In this document: in pieces, positions 9,980-19,446 of the stretch
Layout: each line of letters opens with the position of its first letter
How positions within the stretch are numbered: position 1 is the stretch's first letter
NCBI GenBank assembly: GCA_963663385.2
Contig: CAXXXD010000003.1
Coordinates: 256,001 to 320,000 of the forward strand
Length of the DNA: 64,000 nucleotides
Origin: Oceanispirochaeta sp.
Lineage (GTDB): Bacteria; Spirochaetota; Spirochaetia; DSM-2461
Reading direction: 5' to 3'
Translations under genes and position numbers: made by a program
The notes under the pieces: generated by a model
Database searches by the model: none
What the model was told of the DNA's origin: nothing
The model's input: the letters and a program-made list of their open reading frames with translations, nothing else

Positions 9980-10597
9980 TTGTTTAAAAAGATTTTTAAA
10001 TGGTTGGATATTAATTTTGAACCAACGGTTATGACGGTTCTTTTTTATGCTATTACCATGCTGATTACCCTTCAGGTTATTCTGAGATTTGTCTTTTCCA
10101 CCGGTTTTTCCTGGGGAGAGGAAGTGGCGCGATTTCTGTTCGTCTGGCTGATGAACTTCAGTATTGCCTATGCAACCCGGAATCAGCGGCATATAAAAAT
10201 TACATATATCATTAATATGTTCAGCGTAAAGGTTCAGAAGATTTTTCTGATACTGTCGGATATGGTATTTCTGATATTTTCCAGCCTGATATTTATGGCT
10301 GCCATAAGGGTCTGTCAGGCGGCAATCAAATATGCCGATATGGCAGTTACCATTGAGGTTTCTCTGAATGTTGTCTATGGCGCGGGAGTTGTCGGATACG
10401 CCCTGATTGTTATCCGCCTGATTCAGACTCTCATATGGAAAATCAGGAATTTTGATGCAGAGATGGACCGCTATGAGAATCGAGGCGGTTCCTATACCGG
10501 TGCAGATAAGATTTTCTTTCTGCCGGAATCAGAAAAAAAAGGCATTGAGAAAGCTGAAAATGCCTGTACGGCAGGAATAAAGGGGGCTGAGGCATGA
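9980..10597 (+). CDS. dctQ: TRAP transporter small permease
   Basis: 4 TM segments, QVILRF..WGEEVARFLFVW, HIKI; AGGAGG RBS before TTG. Confidence 0.9.
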   Translation: MFKKIFKWLDINFEPTVMTVLFYAITMLITLQVILRFVFSTGFSWGEEVARFLFVWLMNFSIAYATRNQRHIKITYIINMFSVKVQKIFLILSDMVFLIFSSLIFMAAIRVCQAAIKYADMAVTIEVSLNVVYGAGVVGYALIVIRLIQTLIWKIRNFDAEMDRYENRGGSYTGADKIFFLPESEKKGIEKAENACTAGIKGAEA

Positions 10598-11880
10598 CAT
10601 TTGTATTATTCGGTTCTCTTGTGCTGTTGCTTCTGGCAGCGGTTCCCATTGGTATTGCTCTGGGAACCGCATCAATCCTTACGATTTTCACATCCGATCC
10701 CATCAGTATAGAGTCTTTTACGCAGACAATGATCCAGGGGTTGAATTCCTTCCCCCTGATGGCGGTTCCCCTTTTTACTTTTGCCGGTGATATTATGGGG
10801 CGGGGCGGAATATCCAAACGTCTGTTGAATGTTACCGGTGTAATGTTCGGCCGCTTTAAGGGCGGTTTGGGTGTTGTCTCTATTGTTGCCTGTCTGTTTT
10901 TTGCGGCCATTTCCGGAACCGGATCCGCAACTGTTGCGGCTATCGGTCTGATAATGATCCCCGAGATGGTCCGTATGGGATATAATAAAGACTTTTCCGG
11001 TGCTCTGGTGGCAACTGCCGGTACGGTTGGGGTTATCATTCCCCCCAGTATCTGCATGGTTATCTATGCGGTAGCTGCAGGAACTTCTGTAACCGGTATG
11101 TTTATGGCCGGAATAGGCCCCGGACTGCTGGTGGGACTGGCTCTATCCATCTATACAGTTTTCTATTCTGCAAAGAAAGGGTATGAAGGGGATCAGACCC
11201 GCTACACCATGAAAGAAGTAGGGGCTATCTTTCTGGATGCCATTCCAGCACTTCTGGTTCCCGTAATTATTCTGGGCGGAATCTACGGCGGTGTATTTAC
11301 CCCGACAGAAGCGGCAGCCGTTGCGGCGGTATATGGTATTTTTGTCAGTGTTTTTGTCTATAAAGAGGTAAAACTGTCGGAGCTGCCGTTTATCGGATTC
11401 AATTCGGCACTGCTTTGCGCCGCGGTACTGGTTATTATCGGTATTTCATCCGGTTTCGGCCGGATACTGACTATCGCCAATATCCCTACAGCCATAGCCA
11501 ATTTTATTCTGGATATTACAACCAGCAAGTTTCTGATCCTGCTGTTTATCAATATTCTGCTGCTGATTGTGGGAACTTTTATGGAAACAAATGCGTCCAT
11601 AATTATTCTGGTGCCGATTCTGCTGCCTGTTGTTACTTCCCTGGGAGTTAATCCGGTACACTTTGGTGTCATGATGGTATTGAACCTTGCTATCGGTTTT
11701 GTGACACCGCCACTGGGTGCCAACCTTTTTATGGCCTGTCAGATTAGCGATATCAGGTTTGATGACATTGCCAAGGCAATTGTACCCTGGATTCTGGTTA
11801 TGGTAATCGTTCTGATGCTTGTAACCTATATCCCGGCAATTACGATGTGGCTGCCCAAGGTTATGGGTATCCCTATTTAG
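10594..11880 (+). CDS. dctM: TRAP transporter large permease
   Basis: AVPLF, FAAISG, IIPPS, FTPTEAA, TPPLGANL. Confidence 0.95.
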   Translation: MTFVLFGSLVLLLLAAVPIGIALGTASILTIFTSDPISIESFTQTMIQGLNSFPLMAVPLFTFAGDIMGRGGISKRLLNVTGVMFGRFKGGLGVVSIVACLFFAAISGTGSATVAAIGLIMIPEMVRMGYNKDFSGALVATAGTVGVIIPPSICMVIYAVAAGTSVTGMFMAGIGPGLLVGLALSIYTVFYSAKKGYEGDQTRYTMKEVGAIFLDAIPALLVPVIILGGIYGGVFTPTEAAAVAAVYGIFVSVFVYKEVKLSELPFIGFNSALLCAAVLVIIGISSGFGRILTIANIPTAIANFILDITTSKFLILLFINILLLIVGTFMETNASIIILVPILLPVVTSLGVNPVHFGVMMVLNLAIGFVTPPLGANLFMACQISDIRFDDIAKAIVPWILVMVIVLMLVTYIPAITMWLPKVMGIPI

Positions 11881-11940
11881 ACTGAATGACGGCCGGCTCT
11901 TAAGGGGGGGCGGCTGTAAAAAAATTGTTATTTACCCGGC

Positions 11941-11957
11941 ATGCATACGTATTCAAG
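11941..11957. promoter_or_regulatory. LacI-type operator, copy 3 (upstream of dctP)
   Basis: ATGCATACGTATTCAAG, identical to copy 2. Confidence 0.75.
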
Positions 11958-11995
11958 CCGGATGTAAATATGTTAAAGTAATTATTGAAGGAGAA

Positions 11996-13024
11996 ATGGA
12001 GGAAATTATGAAGAAAATGATGACAGTTATGATGGCATTACTGATGGTGATCGGGCTTTCGACAGCAGTTGCAGAAGGGCAGAAGGAAGGACCTGAAAAA
12101 GTAACAATCAAACTGGCGCATGATAATAATGTCCAGGCTGAAGGGCATCTGGCTTTTATGGAGTTCAAGAAAATCGTTGAAGCCGAATCCGATGGAAGAA
12201 TTGAAGTTCAGATCTACCCCGGCGGACAGCTCGGCAGTGTTCAGGATATGTTTGAACAGACAAGGCGCGGTGATATTCAGATGAGTGTCGGTGCAACAAC
12301 CCTGTTTACACAGACAATTCCCGAGTTTGCTGTATGGGACTCTTTCTATATGTTTGAAGATGCGGCTCATGCCCACAGAGTCCTTGATGGTAAAGCCGGT
12401 CAGGAGCTGATGAAACCCCTGGATAAAATGAATCTGGAAGGAATCGGTTATATGGAGATCGGTTTCAGAAACTTTTCCAACAGCAAAAGAGCCATTGTTG
12501 ATCCTTCGGATGTTGAGGGTCTTAAAATCAGAGGTTACAGCCCCATGCAGATCAAAGCCTGGGAATCAGTCGGATGTTCTCTGACAAACCTTTCCTGGTC
12601 TGAAGTATTTACATCCCTCCAGCAGAATCTGATTGATGGACAGGAATGTGCTACATCCAGTTTCTACAATGCCAAGTTCTACGAAGCTCAGAAATACTGG
12701 TCTTTAACAAGACACATCTATACCAACTGGCTGTGGTATGCCAATAAGGATTTTATGGCAGAACTGTCTGATACTGACAGAGCCCTTATTATGGATGCAG
12801 CCCAAAAGGCCATTGCTCTGGACAGAAAACTGGTTAGTGAAGCGGAAGAGAAAACTCTGGCCATGCTGCCCGGTAACGGTGTAGACGTTAACGAAGTTCC
12901 CCTTGAAACCCGTCTTGCCATGGGTGAAAGAATGAACGGTGCCGTAAGCGCTGAAATCATTGCCAAATGCGGTATTGAAATCTACGATATGGTTCAGGCC
13001 GAAATCGTAGCTGAAAGAAAATAG
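11996..13024 (+). CDS. dctP: TRAP substrate-binding protein
   Basis: Signal peptide, YPGGQLG, GFRNFSN, GLKIR (carboxylate-binding Arg), DGQE. Confidence 0.93.
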   Translation: MEEIMKKMMTVMMALLMVIGLSTAVAEGQKEGPEKVTIKLAHDNNVQAEGHLAFMEFKKIVEAESDGRIEVQIYPGGQLGSVQDMFEQTRRGDIQMSVGATTLFTQTIPEFAVWDSFYMFEDAAHAHRVLDGKAGQELMKPLDKMNLEGIGYMEIGFRNFSNSKRAIVDPSDVEGLKIRGYSPMQIKAWESVGCSLTNLSWSEVFTSLQQNLIDGQECATSSFYNAKFYEAQKYWSLTRHIYTNWLWYANKDFMAELSDTDRALIMDAAQKAIALDRKLVSEAEEKTLAMLPGNGVDVNEVPLETRLAMGERMNGAVSAEIIAKCGIEIYDMVQAEIVAERK

Positions 13025-13030
13025 TAATAA

Positions 13031-13240
13031 AACCCCTTTCCTCAGGGAGAGGGGTGGATTAAGGGAGAAGTGTTCTTACCAACCAGCTCTTCCGGGTGAT
13101 TGATTAAAAAACCTTCCCCCCGACCCCTCCAAAAAGGGGAAATTGTCCAGTTGCAGCGCTAACTGTAGGATTATATGCCCCAGCACTCCTTCGATGGGGG
13201 AGACTGGGAAAAAGGAATTAATAGAGAAGGGTTAGGGAAC
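13031..13240. repeat. BoxC/REP-like GC-rich palindromic elements downstream of dctP
   Basis: CCCCTTTCCTCAGGGAGAGGGG; CCTTCCCCCCGACCCCTCCAAAAAGGGG; AGAAGGGTTAGGG. Confidence 0.5.
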
Positions 13241-13278
13241 CGGTAATCTATGGAGTTAATAAGGGATATCTGATATTA

Positions 13279-14346
13279 TTGTTATATCCCTCAATGGATG
13301 ATGTGATGATGAAAAACCTTGATGTTAAACAGAAAAAGAAACGAATATCCTCCGTAGATGTCGCCAGAGAAGCCGGTGTTTCCCAGTCTACTGTTTCGAG
13401 GGTATTTAATAATTCCAAAGGGGTGAATGTTTCTCCAGATACATTTAAAAGGATTATGGCTGCTGCGGAAAAGCTGAATTATCGGCCCAGTATCCTGGCC
13501 CGGGGGCTGCAGCAGCAGGCTACCAACATTATTGGTATTGTTACTCATAACTTCGAAAGTCCATTTCAGACTGAATCACTTAACTGTTTTTCAAGGGAAT
13601 TGCAAAAAATCGGGTATACAACCCTGCTGCTGAACCTCTCTTCCGATGCTCATCTGGATGATGTGCTGCCCAGAGCTCTGGAATATCAGGTGGATGGCAT
13701 CGTGCTGACTTCTGTTTTTCTGACTTCCCATCTGGCTGATGACTGTCGGGATTATAATACACCGGTGATTCAGTATAACCGCTATTCAGAGAATCAGAAC
13801 GTAGATTCGGTTTGTCTGGATAACCGGATGGCTGGCGAGGATGTCGCCCGTTATCTTGTGGAAACAGGGCATCGGAGGATTGCCTATATATCCGGTTCCA
13901 ATGCATCTTCTACAAGCCGGGATCGGCGGGAAGGGCTGACCCTGGGACTGGAGAAAAATGGTCTTGTATTATTTGATGAGTTTGCCGGCGGTTTCGGGTA
14001 TGATACAGGTATGAAGGCGTCGGATAAGCTATTGGCCGGGAAGGAACAGATCCCCGATGCGGTTTTCTGCATTACAGATAAAGTGGCCGCGGGTTTTATT
14101 GACCGGGCACAGAGTGCTTATGGTATCCGGATTCCCGATGATATATCTGTTGTCGGATTTGATGACATTGAAATTGCGTCCTGGCCGCGCTATGACCTGA
14201 CAACAGTTGCCCAGCCGATAGAGAAGATGGTTAAAGAAACAATCGGAATTCTTATGGATTCCATTAAATATGAGAAGCGGAAGGTCTCCAGAAAACTGAT
14301 ACCCGGTCCGCTGGTAAAGAGATCTACAGTAAAAGACAGACGCTGA
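13279..14346 (+). CDS. LacI family transcriptional regulator (true start probably an internal ATG, 13294-13309)
   Basis: DVAREAGVSQSTVSRV HTH, LNYRPS..ARGL hinge, IPDDISVVGFDD. Confidence 0.95.
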   Translation: MLYPSMDDVMMKNLDVKQKKKRISSVDVAREAGVSQSTVSRVFNNSKGVNVSPDTFKRIMAAAEKLNYRPSILARGLQQQATNIIGIVTHNFESPFQTESLNCFSRELQKIGYTTLLLNLSSDAHLDDVLPRALEYQVDGIVLTSVFLTSHLADDCRDYNTPVIQYNRYSENQNVDSVCLDNRMAGEDVARYLVETGHRRIAYISGSNASSTSRDRREGLTLGLEKNGLVLFDEFAGGFGYDTGMKASDKLLAGKEQIPDAVFCITDKVAAGFIDRAQSAYGIRIPDDISVVGFDDIEIASWPRYDLTTVAQPIEKMVKETIGILMDSIKYEKRKVSRKLIPGPLVKRSTVKDRR

Positions 14347-14386
14347 TACAGTATTTTTTACTGACTATGGAGTAGTTGAATACATA

Positions 14387-14406
14387 TTGTGCATACGTAT
14401 GCACAA
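14387..14406. promoter_or_regulatory. LacI-type operator, copy 4
   Basis: Perfect 20-bp palindrome TTGTGCATACGTATGCACAA upstream of the transaldolase-like gene. Confidence 0.85.
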
Positions 14407-14479
14407 ATTAGTAAGTAAGGTAATAGGATTCGAAAACCGGATCATCAGATAGAAGAGATTAATTTAGGAGAGTAATACA

Positions 14480-15520
14480 ATGAAAAAAGGTTATTTTCAC
14501 AGAGTCAACAAGCAGACACCCACCCGTTTCTGGATAAATAATGTAACAAGAGAAGAAGCGGATATTGCATTGGAAGCCGGTGCAGTCGGCTGTACCCAGA
14601 ACCCTTCCTATGTTTACAAGATGCTGACCAATAATCAGGAGAAATCCTTCGCCTTTGAAAAACTGGATGCCATTCTGAAGGATAGACCCGGCGATGAGGA
14701 TATGGTTCAGGAGATCCTGCAGCAGCAGCTGGTCGGGAATATAGCCAAGCACTTTATGCCCCTGTATGAAGCCAGCCAGGGTAAAGCCGGTTACGTCAGT
14801 GTTCAGGGTAATCCCTTTAAGGAAGATATGGAAAATATCATCCGCAACGCCCGATTCAACCGGGAAGCCGGTCCCAACATTATGGCCAAGGTACCCGCTA
14901 CAGAAGAAGGTCTTGAAGCAATTGAAGTTCTTCTGGCAGAGGGAACCCCCATTAACGCTACAGAAGTTATGGGTGTAAGACAGGCCATGGATGTTTGTGA
15001 CGTATATGACCGGGTGGCTAAAAAAGTAAAAGATATGCCAGTTGTTTACTTCTCTCACATTACCGGTATTTACGATGAATACCTTCAGAACTATGTTAAA
15101 GAGAAGGGGATAGAAATCAGTCAGGATACACTCTGGCAGGCCGGTATGGTCATTGCCAAGAAAACGCATCGTCTGGTGAAAGAGCGGAACAGCGCTGTCG
15201 GATTTATCGGGGGCGGTGCCAGAGGGCTGCACCACTTTACCGAAATGGTTGGAGCTGATGCCTGCATCACAATCAACTGGACAGGTACTGCGGATAAGCT
15301 GATTGAACAGGATGCACCAGTAATAGACCGCTTCCATGCTCCTGTAGCGGAATCCGTTCTGGATGAATGTCTGGAGAAAATGGAAGATTTCAGCCGCGGC
15401 TGGTACGTTAACGGTCTGAAACCTGCCGAGTATGAAGAGTTCGGTCCGGTCGTCTTGTTCCGTGAATCCTTTGAAAAAGCCTGGGGCGAAGCCAGAAAGC
15501 TTATAAAGGACAGAATGTAA
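14480..15520 (+). CDS. Divergent transaldolase/FSA-family Schiff-base aldolase
   Basis: GCTQNPS, GYVSVQGNP, NIMAKVPATEEG (catalytic Lys), INATEV. Confidence 0.85.
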   Translation: MKKGYFHRVNKQTPTRFWINNVTREEADIALEAGAVGCTQNPSYVYKMLTNNQEKSFAFEKLDAILKDRPGDEDMVQEILQQQLVGNIAKHFMPLYEASQGKAGYVSVQGNPFKEDMENIIRNARFNREAGPNIMAKVPATEEGLEAIEVLLAEGTPINATEVMGVRQAMDVCDVYDRVAKKVKDMPVVYFSHITGIYDEYLQNYVKEKGIEISQDTLWQAGMVIAKKTHRLVKERNSAVGFIGGGARGLHHFTEMVGADACITINWTGTADKLIEQDAPVIDRFHAPVAESVLDECLEKMEDFSRGWYVNGLKPAEYEEFGPVVLFRESFEKAWGEARKLIKDRM

Positions 15521-15585
15521 TTGTCAGGGGCCGGCCTGAAAGGCGCTGTATCAGGCCAGCCCATCTGAGGATTTAGGAAAATGCT

Positions 15586-16476
15586 GTGATGAGAAACAAA
15601 AGAAATCTGGAATGGGAAAGTTTTGATCCCCGCATGGATGAATATACGGGAAAGAGAGCCTCTCTGGAGACATTGGCGGATGGGTTCCGTTTTCTGGAAG
15701 GTCCCGCCTGGAACCGGAAAGAACAGAAGCTCTATTTCAGTGATATTCCGGGTAACGGAATCTATACCTGGTCCGAAAAGGCAGGTGTGGAGCTCTACAA
15801 GCCCAACAGCTATCTGGCCAACGGCAATACTCTGGTTAATGATCGCTATCTGCTGACTTGTGAACACGGGACAAGCCGTGTAACAAAGACGGATTTGACA
15901 GACGGAACCTATACGGTCCTGGCCGATCGTTACGAAGGAAAAGAGCTGAACAGCCCCAACGATGTAGTGGCTGATGCGGGGGGACATGTCTATTTCACCG
16001 ATCCCGAAGCCGGAAGGGCTCACCGGGTGGGGATTCCCCGCCCCAGGCCGCTGGATTTTATGGGTGTATTCAGGATTGACCGGTTGACAGGCGCGGTCAC
16101 CCTGCTGGAAAAAGAGATGGAATTTCCCAACGGTTTATGTTTTTCACCGGATGGAAAAACCCTCTATGTCAATGACAGCCGGAAAGCTAATATCCTGGCT
16201 TTTGATGTGGATGAAAAGGGCGGTTTGGAAAACCGGCGGATTTTTTCCGAGTTTCAGTATGACGGTCCCGGTTGTCTGGACGGTATGAAATGTATGAAGG
16301 ACGGAACAATCCTCTGTACAGCTCCGAAAGGGATCTATGTTCTGGATAAAACGGGTGTAAAACTGGGAAGAATGTTCGTCCCGGAGGTTGCTGCCAATTT
16401 CACATGCGGTGATTCAGAAGAAGAGCTGTATCTGACGGCGACATCCTCCGTATACAGGATTCTGTTAAAAAGTTAG
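15586..16476 (+). CDS. SMP-30/gluconolactonase family lactonase
   Basis: EGP, FSDI, NSPND, FTDP, PNG, DGM motifs. Confidence 0.92.
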   Translation: MMRNKRNLEWESFDPRMDEYTGKRASLETLADGFRFLEGPAWNRKEQKLYFSDIPGNGIYTWSEKAGVELYKPNSYLANGNTLVNDRYLLTCEHGTSRVTKTDLTDGTYTVLADRYEGKELNSPNDVVADAGGHVYFTDPEAGRAHRVGIPRPRPLDFMGVFRIDRLTGAVTLLEKEMEFPNGLCFSPDGKTLYVNDSRKANILAFDVDEKGGLENRRIFSEFQYDGPGCLDGMKCMKDGTILCTAPKGIYVLDKTGVKLGRMFVPEVAANFTCGDSEEELYLTATSSVYRILLKS

Positions 16477-16504
16477 ACGAATTGATAATGATGGAGAAAG
16501 TAAA

Positions 16505-17932
16505 ATGATTAAATCAGAAAAACCGAGGGTTGGATTTATCACATTTGGTGACCACCGCCCTGATATGTGGGAGAAGGTCTTCTCTCATAAAACTATCCCC
16601 CTGCATACCAAAGCGCTGGAACTGATGGGGAAGATGGATATTGAACTGATTGTTGCCGAGGACTTTGTCAGAACCCGGGATCAGATTAATGAAGCCATTG
16701 ACGCCTTGAAGGGTAAGGATATTGATGTTCTTGTAGCTCATATTCCCTGCTGGACCAGTCCCAACCTGGTTGTACACGGTATTCAGAGAATGGGTATTTA
16801 TACCATCCTCCTGGGGAACCGGGATCCCGGTACTCACGGCTGTGTGGGACTGCTTGGTGCCGCCGGTGCTCTGGGACAGATTGACTTTCCCCACCGCTGT
16901 ATACGGGAAGAGTACGATGTAGACGTATACAATGAAAAAGTGCTGCCTCTTATTAAAGCAGTATCTGTTAAGGAAAAACTGAAAGGTTCCGTGATGGGGC
17001 TGTTCGGCGGCCGTTCCATCGGTATCGACACCAGTCAGTTTGACCCCATGCAGTGGAAGGCCAAATTCGGCATCGACAGCGAACACCTGGATCAGGTGGA
17101 AATTATCCGTCTGGCTAAAGAGATTCCCCGGGAAAGAATCGACAAAATGCGGACCTGGATCGAAAAGAGCGCCAAAGAGGTCCGGTACAATGATGATAAG
17201 CTGACAAAAGAAAAATTTGATTTTCAGCTCGCCTGCTACCTGGCCACCAAGGATATGGTAAAAGAGTGGGGCATGGACTATGTGTCCCTCAAATGTATGC
17301 ATGAACTGTCGAATTCCTATGTTCCCCAGTGTATGACCCAGGCATTCCTGGCCAACCACGAAGATGCGGAAGGACCGAAAACTCCCACACCCATCGCCTG
17401 TGAAGCCGATGCGGACGGAGCTCTTACACAACAGATACTGCGTATCCTTTCCGGCGGAAAACCCACTTTTTTTGCGGATGTCAGCCACATCGATAACGAA
17501 AAGAACATTATGTACTGTGTGAACTGCGGAGCCATCTGCGTCTACTATGCCGGCCGCAGTCAGAATACAGAAGAGAATCTGAAAAATATCGTTATCAATC
17601 AGTCTGTCCGTCCCGGCGGTGGAGGAATTACATACTTCAATGCTTCAACTGGTCCCATGCAGCTGGCCCGCCTCTACCGGAAGGGCGGAAAGTACAAAAT
17701 GGCCATTATCCCCTGTGATGCGGTACAGCCGACTCAGGAAATGCTGGATGAGTTTATAGAAGCCCGCGGTCCCCACCAGCTGCCGACCCTTTTTGCCAAG
17801 TGCAACCTGGATATAGAGAGGTTTATCAATGAGTATGGTTCCAATCATATTTCAGGTGTTGAAGGAATGTATCTGAACGAACTGCTGGAAGTTTGTAATG
17901 TTCTGGATATCGAAGCGGAAGTTTTTGCATAA
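16505..17932 (+). CDS. L-fucose/L-arabinose isomerase family aldose-ketose isomerase
   Basis: GGRSIGIDT, KFGID, ACEADADGALT, FADV, NHIS; shorter than canonical FucI. Confidence 0.85.
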   Translation: MIKSEKPRVGFITFGDHRPDMWEKVFSHKTIPLHTKALELMGKMDIELIVAEDFVRTRDQINEAIDALKGKDIDVLVAHIPCWTSPNLVVHGIQRMGIYTILLGNRDPGTHGCVGLLGAAGALGQIDFPHRCIREEYDVDVYNEKVLPLIKAVSVKEKLKGSVMGLFGGRSIGIDTSQFDPMQWKAKFGIDSEHLDQVEIIRLAKEIPRERIDKMRTWIEKSAKEVRYNDDKLTKEKFDFQLACYLATKDMVKEWGMDYVSLKCMHELSNSYVPQCMTQAFLANHEDAEGPKTPTPIACEADADGALTQQILRILSGGKPTFFADVSHIDNEKNIMYCVNCGAICVYYAGRSQNTEENLKNIVINQSVRPGGGGITYFNASTGPMQLARLYRKGGKYKMAIIPCDAVQPTQEMLDEFIEARGPHQLPTLFAKCNLDIERFINEYGSNHISGVEGMYLNELLEVCNVLDIEAEVFA

Positions 17933-17946
17933 AAAGAGGTAAACAA

Positions 17947-18726
17947 ATGTTAGACAAGAATAAAAACCGGGTAAAAGACATATTGAAAAAAGGCGGGAAA
18001 GTTTCATCAGGCTGGCTGCAGGCCGGCAGCCCTGTAACCGCTGAAGTTATGGCGGAAGCTGGATTTGATGTACTTATGATCGATCTGGAACACGGTCCGG
18101 GGAATATAATGACAACGATCAACCAGATTATGGCTATGAAAAACGAGAAAGCGGTCCCTTTCTGCCGGGCTCCCTGGAATGATTTTGTACAGTTGAAAAA
18201 AATCCTGGATGCCGGTGTATACGGCATGCTGGTTCCCTATGTTAACACTAAAGAAGAAGTGGAAGCGGCTGTTGCGGCTGTAACCTATCCCACGGAAGGA
18301 ATCCGCGGTGTCGCGGGAAGTCCCCGGGCCGCCCACTACGGCAATAATTCCATGGACTATCTGAAATCAGCCAACGATGAGGTATTCCTGATGACAGCGG
18401 TGGAAACACCGGAAGCGGTAAAAAATATTGATGAAATTCTGTCCGTTGACAGGCTGGACGGTATCTTTATCGGCCCCATGGACCTGGCCACCAATATGGG
18501 ATTTTTCGGTAATCCCAAAGCTCCCGAAGTACAGGAAGCGATTAAGAAAGTGGAAGAGAAGGTATTTGCCTCCGGTAAAATCCTGGCTACCGTTGCCGGA
18601 ACCTGGGATGATGCCAAAGCAAAGTATGAAAGGGGTTACAGTCTGATCAACTTCTTTTCCGATACGACCACCCTTGGAGCTGTCGCCCGGGAACGGGTTA
18701 AACTGTTTAACGAATTCAACAAATAA
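17947..18726 (+). CDS. HpcH/HpaI family pyruvate aldolase (2-keto-3-deoxy acid aldolase)
   Basis: IDLEHG, R.PWND, LDAG, GIRG, VET, FIGPMDL. Confidence 0.92.
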   Translation: MLDKNKNRVKDILKKGGKVSSGWLQAGSPVTAEVMAEAGFDVLMIDLEHGPGNIMTTINQIMAMKNEKAVPFCRAPWNDFVQLKKILDAGVYGMLVPYVNTKEEVEAAVAAVTYPTEGIRGVAGSPRAAHYGNNSMDYLKSANDEVFLMTAVETPEAVKNIDEILSVDRLDGIFIGPMDLATNMGFFGNPKAPEVQEAIKKVEEKVFASGKILATVAGTWDDAKAKYERGYSLINFFSDTTTLGAVARERVKLFNEFNK

Positions 18727-18739
18727 GGATCCTCCTTTT

Positions 18740-18777
18740 CCGGGGGAGGTATTATAATCTGCCTCTCCCGGTTTTTT
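18740..18777 (+). terminator. Rho-independent terminator/attenuating hairpin
   Basis: CCGGGGGAGGTA..TGCCTCTCCCGG followed by TTTTTT. Confidence 0.55.
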
Positions 18778-18785
18778 AATAAGCT

Positions 18786-19388
18786 ATGAATATAAAAGAT
18801 TTAAAAGAACAGGTACTGGAAGTGTGTCGGATGCTGCCTGAATGCCGTTTGGTTACCGGTATGGCCGGAGAGGTCAGCGCAAGGGATCCCTTCAGCGGCC
18901 GGATTATCATGCAGCCGGAGGGAGTTCCCTATCAAAATATGCGTGTTGAAGATATCCTTGTTCTCAATCCCGACGGGTCTGTTTTTGAAGGGGATCCCGA
19001 CAGATCTCCCCGTGTTGAAGCATCTACTCATCTTGAGCTGTACAAGTGCTATCCGTGTATTAATGGGATCGTCCATACTCATGCCAAATATGTCAATATT
19101 CTCTCAAGTCAAATGGCTGTCATTCCCTGCGGTATAACATCCCTGGGGCGGAAACTGCTTCTCAGAGGGGTGGAAGTTCTGGAATATGTGGATAACGGTA
19201 CCCGGGAACTGGCGGAAAACATCGTCCCCGCTTTTAAAAAAGGGGTAGCTGCCGCTGTTCGGAACCACGGTCCCTTTACAGCGGGGGAAACCCTCCAGCT
19301 GGCCCTGGACCGGGCCATTATTCTGGAGGAAATTTGCGAAATCTATTATAAATCCTCCCTGCTGGGGATACCTTCTCTTCTGGATTAG
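18786..19388 (+). CDS. Class II aldolase/adducin family protein (FucA/AraD-like, divergent)
   Basis: GEVSARD, E..H..LY, HTH, NHG Zn ligands. Confidence 0.85.
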   Translation: MNIKDLKEQVLEVCRMLPECRLVTGMAGEVSARDPFSGRIIMQPEGVPYQNMRVEDILVLNPDGSVFEGDPDRSPRVEASTHLELYKCYPCINGIVHTHAKYVNILSSQMAVIPCGITSLGRKLLLRGVEVLEYVDNGTRELAENIVPAFKKGVAAAVRNHGPFTAGETLQLALDRAIILEEICEIYYKSSLLGIPSLLD

Positions 19389-19446
19389 GAATACCCTCAG
19401 GTCGACTTATCTGCCTGAATCCTGGTTCTGAACCTGTATAAGAAGA

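Noticed and set aside
14480..17932. Sulfoquinovose transaldolase (sulfo-TAL) pathway, suggested by transaldolase + FucI-like isomerase + Ldh_2 (ComC-like)
   Set aside because: No sulfoquinovosidase, sulfolactaldehyde dehydrogenase/reductase or TauE exporter; the transaldolase is the long type with a remodelled anion site. Not excluded, but unsupported.
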